Shown in pieces: positions 57,875-64,000 of a stretch of DNA of 64,000 nucleotides. The DNA is from Thermomicrobiaceae bacterium (GTDB lineage Bacteria; Chloroflexota; Chloroflexia; Thermomicrobiales; Thermomicrobiaceae), in the NCBI GenBank assembly GCA_035693105.1, contig DASSHC010000467.1, positions 4,157-68,156 of the forward strand. Direction: 5' to 3'. The notes below the pieces were generated by a model that saw only the letters and a list, made by a program, of their open reading frames with translations, was not told where the DNA came from and made no database searches. Numbering within the stretch: the stretch's first letter is position 1; each line of letters starts with the position of its first letter. The position numbers were made by a program, and so were the translations under genes.

Positions 57875-58890
57875 TCCTCCTGCTCCTCCTCGTCGTCAGC
57901 ACCCTCAGCCATGCCGTCCTCGAGGGCGTCGTTGTCCTCCAGACCCTCGACACCGAGGCCGGTCGGAACCTCCAGCGTGTAGCCGTGCTCCGCAAGCTTG
58001 TCCTTCAGTTCTTGCAGCGAGCGCGGTCCGAAGTTTCGAATCGAGAGGAGCTGGTCCGGATCCATGTCCAGCACCTGCCCGACACGCTCGATGTGCCGGC
58101 TACGCAGCGCGTTGAGCACCCGGGGCGACAGGCCCAACTCGGAGAGCGGCTTGTTGTCCGCCTCGGTCATCGGCCGCGCGGCCTCTTCGGTCGCCTCGGC
58201 CGGCTGGCGGTTGAAGTCGGCGATCAAGCGCCCGTGATCGACCAGGATCTGCGCCGCGGTGCTGAGCGCCTCGCCCGGATCGACCGTGCCGTCGGTGACG
58301 ATTTCCAGGATCAGCCGGTCGAAGTCGGTCATCTGGCCGACGCGTGTGTGCTCGACGACGTAGTTGACTTTCTCAATCGGCGTGAAGATCGCGTCGACCG
58401 GGATCTCGCCGATCGAGAAAATCTCCTGCGCCTCCGCCGGCTGGTAGCCGCGCCCGCGCATGACCACCAAATCCATCTCCAACCGCGCGCGCTCGTTGTC
58501 GAGCGTCGCGACGATCTGGTCCGGATTGACCACCTCGACCTCGGCCGGCCAATCGATATCGCCGGCCCGCACCGGGCCCTCCCCGCGAGCGTAGAGGCTC
58601 GCGCGCGCTTCCCGGAAGCTGTCGAGTTGAGTCTGCAGGCGAATCTGCTTCAGATTGAGGACGATCTCCGTCACATCCTCGCGCACGCCCTCGATGGTCG
58701 AGAATTCATGCCAAACGTCGGTGATGCGCACGCGCACGATGGCAGCGCCGGTCAACGACCGCAGCAGAATGCGCCGCAGCGCGTTCCCCAGCGTGATACC
58801 GTAGCCCGGCTCCAGCGGCTCGATCTCAAACCGCCCATAGTTCTCGCCGGTGTGCGTCTGCTGCACACGCGGCTGAGCAATCTCCAACAC
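57871..58890 (-). CDS. rpoA: DNA-directed RNA polymerase alpha subunit
   Basis: [14 protein letters not shown] and a C-terminal domain ([10 protein letters not shown]...I..VG.L). It ends with an acidic tail. Confidence 0.95.
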   Translation of the reverse strand: MLEIAQPRVQQTHTGENYGRFEIEPLEPGYGITLGNALRRILLRSLTGAAIVRVRITDVWHEFSTIEGVREDVTEIVLNLKQIRLQTQLDSFREARASLYARGEGPVRAGDIDWPAEVEVVNPDQIVATLDNERARLEMDLVVMRGRGYQPAEAQEIFSIGEIPVDAIFTPIEKVNYVVEHTRVGQMTDFDRLILEIVTDGTVDPGEALSTAAQILVDHGRLIADFNRQPAEATEEAARPMTEADNKPLSELGLSPRVLNALRSRHIERVGQVLDMDPDQLLSIRNFGPRSLQELKDKLAEHGYTLEVPTGLGVEGLEDNDALEDGMAEGADDEEEQEE

Positions 58891-58979
58891 CCGATTCCGC
58901 CTCCTTCGGCGACTCGCTGAGAGCCGCCGATGTTATCTCTTGATGACGTATTCCCGATTGCTGGCGGAGCCTCGCGGCG

Positions 58980-59393
58980 TTAGACGCGCCGGCGCTTCGG
59001 CGGCCGGCAGCCGTTGTGCGGAACCGGGGTGACGTCCGCGATTGAGAGCACCTGGATACCGGCGGCTTGCAGCGAACGAATCGCCATCTCGCGCCCGGCG
59101 CCCGGTCCCTTAACAAAGACTTCGACCTGGCGCAGCCCGTGCTCCATCGCTTTGCGCGCGGCGTTCTCGGCCGCGACCTGCGCCGCGTAGGGCGTGCTCT
59201 TACGCGAGCCCTTGAAGCCAGAGGAACCAGCGCTCGACCAGGCGATGACATTGCCGGCCTGATCGGTCAGGGTCACGATCGTGTTGTTGAAGGTCGACTG
59301 CACGTAGGCCCGGCCACGCGGGATGTTCTTCCGCTCACGCCGCCGTCCTCGTGCCGCTCCGCGCCGCGCCGCGCCGCGCCGTCGATCTGCCAT
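58980..59393 (-). CDS. rpsK: 30S ribosomal protein S11
   Basis: G.A.V.STFNNT.VT.TD..GN...[18 protein letters not shown]. Confidence 0.95.
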   Translation of the reverse strand: MADRRRGAARRGAARGRRRERKNIPRGRAYVQSTFNNTIVTLTDQAGNVIAWSSAGSSGFKGSRKSTPYAAQVAAENAARKAMEHGLRQVEVFVKGPGAGREMAIRSLQAAGIQVLSIADVTPVPHNGCRPPKRRRV

Positions 59394-59492
59394 GAAGCCT
59401 GGTTCCTTTCTTGTCCGCTACGCTGAGCTGGCCCGCGAGCCGCTTGAGTCCCTTAGCGCCTAGCGCTGGCGCCGCGTCCGCGCCGGATTGTC

Positions 59493-59867
59493 CTAGCGGC
59501 CCTTCTTCCTCAGGCCGATGCCCTTCTTCGGACCTTTGCGCGTCCGGGCGTTGGTCTTGGTCTGCTGACCGCGCACCGGCAGTCCACGACGATGGCGCAG
59601 CCCGCGGTAGGAGCCGATGTCCATCAGTCGCTTGATGTTCATGTTGACCTCACGCCGCAGGTCGCCCTCGACCACCATCTCCTTCTCGATGATGTCGCGC
59701 AGCCGGGCAACCTCTTCGTCGGTCAGATCCCGCACGCGGGTCGTGCTGTTGATCCCGGTCCGCTCCAGCAGCGCACGGCTGGTGCTGGGGCCGACGCCAT
59801 AGATGTAGGTCAGGCCGATCTCGACCACCTTCTCGCGCGGAAGATCGACGCCCGCGATTCGTGCCAT
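59493..59867 (-). CDS. rpsM: 30S ribosomal protein S13
   Basis: [13 protein letters not shown]...L.YIYG.G and C-terminal GLRH..GLPVRGQ.T.TNART.KG. Confidence 0.95.
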   Translation of the reverse strand: MARIAGVDLPREKVVEIGLTYIYGVGPSTSRALLERTGINSTTRVRDLTDEEVARLRDIIEKEMVVEGDLRREVNMNIKRLMDIGSYRGLRHRRGLPVRGQQTKTNARTRKGPKKGIGLRKKGR

Positions 59868-59878
59868 GCCGCTGCCTC

Positions 59879-59992
59879 CTAGCCCTGCCGCTGCTTGTGC
59901 CTGGGGTTGGTGCAGATCACCCGCACCACGCCACGCCGGCGAATGATCCGGCAGTTGTCACAACGCTTCTTGACCGAAGCCGCTACTTTCAT
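59879..59992 (-). CDS. rpmJ: 50S ribosomal protein L36 (absent from the ORF track, below its size cut-off)
   Basis: Hand translation of the minus strand gives [37 protein letters not shown], the C-x2-C...C..H L36 zinc ribbon. GAGGA lies 5 nt upstream of the ATG. Confidence 0.9.
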   Translation of the reverse strand: MKVAASVKKRCDNCRIIRRRGVVRVICTNPRHKQRQG

Positions 59993-60014
59993 GATTCCTC
60001 GCCCTTTCCACGAT

Positions 60015-60239
60015 TCACGGTGACCCACACGCTCTCGCCCACTTGACCCGGCGAGCGGCTGCTCGTCCGCCCGCGGCTCGCACCAGATCGCCTGGTAGAA
60101 TCCGAACGCTGGTCAGGCGAGCCATGCCGGAGACATCCACGACCACGCCGTGGCCGCCGTCGCGTTCGTAGTCGCCCCGTGCATTCGGCCATCGTATCGT
60201 GATGCGACCCGCATCTCGCGTGGCCCTGCCGGGGTAAAC
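60015..60239 (-). pseudogene. Degenerate IF-1 (infA)-like remnant
   Basis: Minus-strand frame ending at TGA 60015-60017 reads ...[42 protein letters not shown].... It aligns position-for-position with IF-1 (...TEALPNATFRV.L..GHE.LAHISGKMR..YIRILPGD.V). There is no in-frame ATG/GTG/TTG before the conserved block, and the C-terminal IF-1 segment is lost. Confidence 0.35.
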
Positions 60240-60284
60240 GAACTAGCGCGCGTTCAAGCCTTGGCGTGCGCGCCACAACGCTCA

Positions 60285-60293
60285 ATTATACCA
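60285..60293 (-). promoter_or_regulatory. Extended -10 promoter-like element (TGgTATAAT) overlapping the map stop codon
   Basis: The minus strand reads ctgTGgTATAATtg, and TAA of map is inside the hexamer. It is positioned to drive rpmJ-rpsM-rpsK-rpoA-rplQ. Confidence 0.3.
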
Positions 60294-61050
60294 CAGGCGG
60301 GGCCGCAACGGTCAGCAACTCCGGTTCACCCTCGGTGATTGCCACGGTGTGCTCGTAGTGGGCCGACAGCCCACCGTCGAGCGTGACGACCGTCCAGTAA
60401 TCGTCGAGCACGTCAACTTCTCCGGCGCCGATCGCGATCATCGGCTCGATCGCCAGCGTCATTCCGCGCCGCAGCATCAGCCCGGTGCCCGGCTCGCCCT
60501 CATTCGGAACGTCCGGCTCTTCATGCAACTCTTGACCCACACCATGCCCGCCGTAATCCTCGATCACACGGAACCCCCGCCGCTCGGCTTCGGCCTGGAT
60601 CGCGGCGCCAATATCGCCGATGCGCTTGCCGGCGCGTGCCTGGCTCACACCGGCCCGGAATGCCGCCTCGACCGCCTCGACCAGCGCCCGTGCCTCGTCC
60701 GTCACCTCGCCGATTGGGAAGGTAGCGGCCGCGTCGGCGTGATAGCCGTGCTGCCAGACGCCGACGTCGACCTTCAACAGGTCGCCGTTCTGGAGCCGGG
60801 TTGGGCCAGGGATGCCGTGGATCACCTGCGCGTTCAGGGAGGTGCAGATGCCGGCCGGGAATCCGTCGTAGTCGAGGAAAGAGGGAACACCGCCCCGCGA
60901 CACGATGAATTCGCTCGCCAGCCGGTCGAGCCGCTGGGTGGTCACCCCTGGCACCGCCTCGCGTCGCAGCAGCTCCAGCGTCTCGGCCACGATCACGCCT
61001 GCCTGGCGCATCAGGCCGATCTCCCGCGCTGATTTCAGCGTGATCGCCAC
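60286..61050 (-). CDS. map: Type I methionine aminopeptidase
   Basis: NAQVIHGIP, DVG..W.GYHAD, GHG.G...HE.P, LAIEPM. Confidence 0.95.
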   Translation of the reverse strand: MAITLKSAREIGLMRQAGVIVAETLELLRREAVPGVTTQRLDRLASEFIVSRGGVPSFLDYDGFPAGICTSLNAQVIHGIPGPTRLQNGDLLKVDVGVWQHGYHADAAATFPIGEVTDEARALVEAVEAAFRAGVSQARAGKRIGDIGAAIQAEAERRGFRVIEDYGGHGVGQELHEEPDVPNEGEPGTGLMLRRGMTLAIEPMIAIGAGEVDVLDDYWTVVTLDGGLSAHYEHTVAITEGEPELLTVAAPPVV

Positions 61051-61054
61051 AGCT

Positions 61055-61738
61055 CTAGTCCACCCGCGTCGCCAGCGCCTGCACGATCGCCGTGGTCACT
61101 TCGTCGATCGGTCGGTCGCCGTCGACCGACAAGAGCAGGCCCTGCCGCTCGTAATACGCAAGCACCGGCTGCGTCTGCTCGTCGTAGATCGCCAGGCGCC
61201 GCGCCACCGCCTCCGGCGTGTCGTCGCTGCGCTGCGTGAGCGCGGAGCCGCACACGTCGCACACACCTGGGACTCGCGGTGGATTGAACTCGCGGTGGTA
61301 GGTCGCTCCACAGTTCGGGCAGATCAGTCGCCCGCTCAAGCGCTCGATCAGCACCTGCCGCGGCGCTTCGACCGAGATCACCGCCACCAGGCGCTCGCCG
61401 CGCGCCGTCAGCGCCGTCTCCAGCGCCTCGGCCTGCGCCTGGTTGCGCGGGAAGCCATCGATCAGCGCCCCCCGCAGCGCCGGATGTTCCCGGCGCATCT
61501 GGTCGATCCGATCCAGCAGCATGCGCACGGTCAGGGCGTCGGGTACCAGCGCGCCGCGGTCGTAATAGCCGCGAATCTCTTCGCCGAGCTGACTGCCGCT
61601 AGCCATCACCTCACGAAAGAGGTCGCCGGTCGAGACGTGGACCAGATCCAGGCGCGGCGCGACCAGCGCAGCCTGAGTTCCTTTGCCGGCGCCCTGCGGG
61701 CCCATGATCAACACGTGTGTCGCGGGGGCGACACTCAT
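61055..61738 (-). CDS. adk: Adenylate kinase (Zn-lid type)
   Basis: GPQGAGKGTQA P-loop, DGFPR, and lid cysteines CPNCG...CDVCG. Confidence 0.95.
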   Translation of the reverse strand: MSVAPATHVLIMGPQGAGKGTQAALVAPRLDLVHVSTGDLFREVMASGSQLGEEIRGYYDRGALVPDALTVRMLLDRIDQMRREHPALRGALIDGFPRNQAQAEALETALTARGERLVAVISVEAPRQVLIERLSGRLICPNCGATYHREFNPPRVPGVCDVCGSALTQRSDDTPEAVARRLAIYDEQTQPVLAYYERQGLLLSVDGDRPIDEVTTAIVQALATRVD

Positions 61739-61753
61739 TGCTCGCTCGCCTCC

Positions 61754-63052
61754 CTAGCGAATGAAGCCTTCGTAGTTGCGCATCATCAGTTGCGCCTCGA
61801 GTTGGCGCATCGTGTCGATGGCCACCCCGACCACGATCAGGAACGAGGTCGCGCTCAAGAGCAGCTCGGTCACGCCGGTCAGCGCCGAAACGATGTAGGG
61901 CAGGATCGCCACGACGCCCAGCGCCAGCGCGCCGACGAGCGTGATCCGCATCAGCACCCGGGTAAGGTAGATGTCGGTGTTGCGCCCGGGGCGCACACCA
62001 GGAATGAACCCGCCCTGCTTTTGCAGGTTCTCGGCGATATTCTGCTGCTGGAAGAGCACCATGGTGTAGAAGTAGGTGAACAGCACCACCATCAGGAAGA
62101 AGATCACCTGATAGATGACCGCGTTCGGACTGAAGAGGGAGTTCACCGTCGTCGACACGCTGCGGACCCAGTCACGCCCCGAGGACTGCATAAAGTTGGC
62201 GATCATCCCCGGGAAGACCATGATACTGTAGGCGAAGATCAGCGGAATCATGCCGGCCGAGTTCACCTTCAGCGGGATGGTCGTGTTGCCGCCACCGTAG
62301 ACGCGACCGCGCCGGATGCGCTTGGCGTGCTGCACCGGGATGCGGCGCATGCCCTCGTTGAGCAGCACGATGCCGACGATTGTGACCAGCGCCAGCACCA
62401 CGAAAGCGGCTGCGCCGATGACGTTTTGCGTCGCGCTGCTGCCGGTAGCCAGTCGGCCGATCGCCCCAGGAAGACTGGCGACGATGCCGCCAAAGATGAT
62501 GATCGAGACGCCGTTCCCTACTCCGTTCTCGGTGATCAGTTCGCCGAGCCAGACGAGCAGGACCGTTCCCGCCGTCATCGTCAGAAGCAGGGCCGCGCTG
62601 CGCAGCGCCGTGTCGGCGTGGAAGAGCCCGAAGTTCTTCAGCACGCCGTTGTTGGCCATCAGCACCGCCTGGCCGTAACCCTGTAGGAGCGCCAGCGGCA
62701 CGGTGATCCAGTGGGTGTACTGATTGATCTTACGCTGGCCCGCCTCGCCTTCCTTGGAGAGCTCCTCCAGGCGCGGGACCGTCGGCGTGAGCAGTTGCAT
62801 GATGATCGAGGCGGTGATGTAGGGGTAGACCCCCAGCGCCAGAATCGAGAAGTGCCGCAGCGTGCTGCCGGAGAACACGTTGAGCATGCCCAGCAACTGG
62901 TTGCGGTCGAGCAGATCATTCAACGCGGTCCGATCGACACCCGGGAGCGGGATGGTGGCCAGAAAGCGGAAGATCACCAGGATCGCCAGGGTATAGAGGA
63001 TCTTCCGTCTCAGGTCCGGGATCTTGAAGGCGTTGACAGCTGCCTGGAGCAT
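61754..63052 (-). CDS. secY: Preprotein translocase subunit SecY
   Basis: 10-TM protein with IPLPG..., LGV.PYITASII.QLL, GGFIPG.RPG..T. The start shares 1 nt with the rplO stop (TAATG). Confidence 0.95.
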   Translation of the reverse strand: MLQAAVNAFKIPDLRRKILYTLAILVIFRFLATIPLPGVDRTALNDLLDRNQLLGMLNVFSGSTLRHFSILALGVYPYITASIIMQLLTPTVPRLEELSKEGEAGQRKINQYTHWITVPLALLQGYGQAVLMANNGVLKNFGLFHADTALRSAALLLTMTAGTVLLVWLGELITENGVGNGVSIIIFGGIVASLPGAIGRLATGSSATQNVIGAAAFVVLALVTIVGIVLLNEGMRRIPVQHAKRIRRGRVYGGGNTTIPLKVNSAGMIPLIFAYSIMVFPGMIANFMQSSGRDWVRSVSTTVNSLFSPNAVIYQVIFFLMVVLFTYFYTMVLFQQQNIAENLQKQGGFIPGVRPGRNTDIYLTRVLMRITLVGALALGVVAILPYIVSALTGVTELLLSATSFLIVVGVAIDTMRQLEAQLMMRNYEGFIR

Positions 63053-63504
63053 TACTCGATGACCTCCACCGTCCCGCCAGCGGCCTCGATCTTCTCACGC
63101 GCGCTGCCGGTGAACTTGTGGGCACGCACCGTCAGCGGCTGGCTCACCTCGCCGACGCCCATGATCTTGACCGGGAACTCCAGCCCGCGCGTCACGCCGT
63201 ATTGATAGAGCACTTCGGGCGTGATCGGCTCGGTGACCGCGTGCTTCTCGATCATCTTCAGGATGCGGTCGAGGTTGATCGCCTCGTACTCGGTGCGGAA
63301 GATGTTGGTGAAGCCGCGCTTGTACGACATGCGGCGATAGAGCGGATTCTGCCCGCCCTCGAAGCCGGGCCGCACCGTCCCGCGCGCCTTCTGTCCCTTC
63401 GTTCCCCGGCCGGCGGTCTTGCCCTTGCCGCTGCCTGTGCCGCGGCCGACACGCTTCTTGTTGGTTTTCGCACCCGGGGCCGGGCGCAAGTCGTGCTGCT
63501 GCAT
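63052..63504 (-). CDS. rplO: 50S ribosomal protein L15
   Basis: L.P..GA...KKRVGRG.GSG.GKT.GRG.KGQKAR. Confidence 0.95.
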   Translation of the reverse strand: MQQHDLRPAPGAKTNKKRVGRGTGSGKGKTAGRGTKGQKARGTVRPGFEGGQNPLYRRMSYKRGFTNIFRTEYEAINLDRILKMIEKHAVTEPITPEVLYQYGVTRGLEFPVKIMGVGEVSQPLTVRAHKFTGSAREKIEAAGGTVEVIE

Positions 63505-63549
63505 GATCCTAGACTCCTGACCAGACGCCCGGCACAGGCCGGCGCCGCC

Positions 63550-63750
63550 CTATTCGGACTCGTCCTCTTCAATACGCACCAGATGACGTACCTTATTCAC
63601 CATGCCGCGCACCGACGGGTTGTCCGGTTTCTCGAGTGTTTGATAGAGCCGGTGGAATCCGAGCGAGCGGACGGTTTCCTTCTGATCCTTCGGCGCACCG
63701 ATGATGCTCTTGAAATAGGTGACGCGAATCGTCTTCCGTTGCTCGCTCAT
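63550..63750 (-). CDS. rpmD: 50S ribosomal protein L30
   Basis: I.VT..KS.IG......TV..LGL.R......D.P..RGM...V.HLV. Confidence 0.9.
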   Translation of the reverse strand: MSEQRKTIRVTYFKSIIGAPKDQKETVRSLGFHRLYQTLEKPDNPSVRGMVNKVRHLVRIEEDESE

Positions 63751-64000
63751 GCGTCGGCCGCCTTCTCCCGCCGGCGGAAGCGCTCGGCTGGCAACCCACG
63801 GCGTGCCGCCACGGCTTCGATCGGCTCCAGCTCGCTCAGCGCCTTAATCGCCGCCCGCGTCACGTTCACCGGATTATTGCTGCCGTGGGTCTTCGTCAGG
63901 ATGTCGTGGATCCCGGCGGCCTCGACCACCGCGCGCACCCCGGCCCCGGCGATCAAGCCGGTGCCCGGCGAGGCAGGCTTCATCAGCACCGAGGCCGCGC
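63747..64000 (-). CDS. rpsE: 30S ribosomal protein S5 (3' part only; 5' end lies beyond the window)
   Basis: ...[47 protein letters not shown] is the S5 C-terminal domain. ATGA overlap with the rpmD start. Confidence 0.9.
   Translation of the reverse strand, partial: AASVLMKPASPGTGLIAGAGVRAVVEAAGIHDILTKTHGSNNPVNVTRAAIKALSELEPIEAVAARRGLPAERFRRREKAADA

Noticed and set aside
58891-58979. Missing rpsD (S4) between rpsK and rpoA
   Set aside because: The 89-nt spacer cannot hold S4. However, rpsD is encoded elsewhere in several bacterial lineages (for example Bacillus), so this is not anomalous on its own.
59989-60285. 98-aa ORF between map and rpmJ as a real protein
   Set aside because: It has a TTG start inside the map stop region and is extremely Arg/Ser/Gly-rich (RLRTRRRPRRGRG). 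The IF-1-like similarity is in a different frame. Its ATGA overlap with rpmJ is noted but is insufficient evidence.

Overview
High-GC (about two-thirds G+C by eye, not computed), very gene-dense chromosomal window. It is most plausibly from a monoderm Chloroflexota/Thermomicrobia-like or actinobacterium-like organism. That is an inference from gene order (gap-pgk-tpiA-secG; PspA-PspAA next to PspAB-HtpX) and cannot be verified here. Most of the window is core housekeeping. It contains a NuoE/NuoF-like flavoprotein pair; a lepB / bifunctional-nuclease / Zn-ribbon / ECF-sigma / ZAS anti-sigma string; and a Ser/Thr kinase with a PQQ-type beta-propeller. It also contains a yvcK-gap-pgk-tpiA-secG-SBP-tatA string and the nusA-ylxR-infB-rbfA-nrnA-truB-ribF-tyrS block. 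These are followed by tRNA-Pro and tRNA-Gly, and by a ribosomal/alpha-operon block (rpsE-rpmD-rplO-secY-adk-map-rpmJ-rpsM-rpsK-rpoA-rplQ-truA-rplM-rpsI). Accessory-looking content comprises a UPF0175/DUF3368 toxin-antitoxin pair beside the tRNAs and two MFS transporters flanking a small SWIM-finger gene. There is also a ~13-kb minus-strand Wzx/Wzy-type polysaccharide cluster (29042-42238) and a DUF4012 / PspA / PspAA / PspAB-like / HtpX envelope-stress neighbourhood. I saw no CRISPR array, transposase, integrase, rRNA or recognisable defence system, and no convincing wholly new multi-gene system. The best second-look items are: (1) a single 1065-codon ORF fusing a Wzy/O-antigen-ligase-like domain to a Wzx-like flippase through a linker that looks like a former intergenic spacer; (2) a REP/MITE-like palindromic repeat family at three intergenic loci, four units of it inside the gap-pgk spacer; (3) a degenerate IF-1 (infA)-like relic between map and rpmJ; (4) a promoter plus intrinsic-terminator leader in front of nusA where rimP is normally found. 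Many long ORFs in the track are antisense or alternate-frame shadows typical of high-GC DNA and were rejected.
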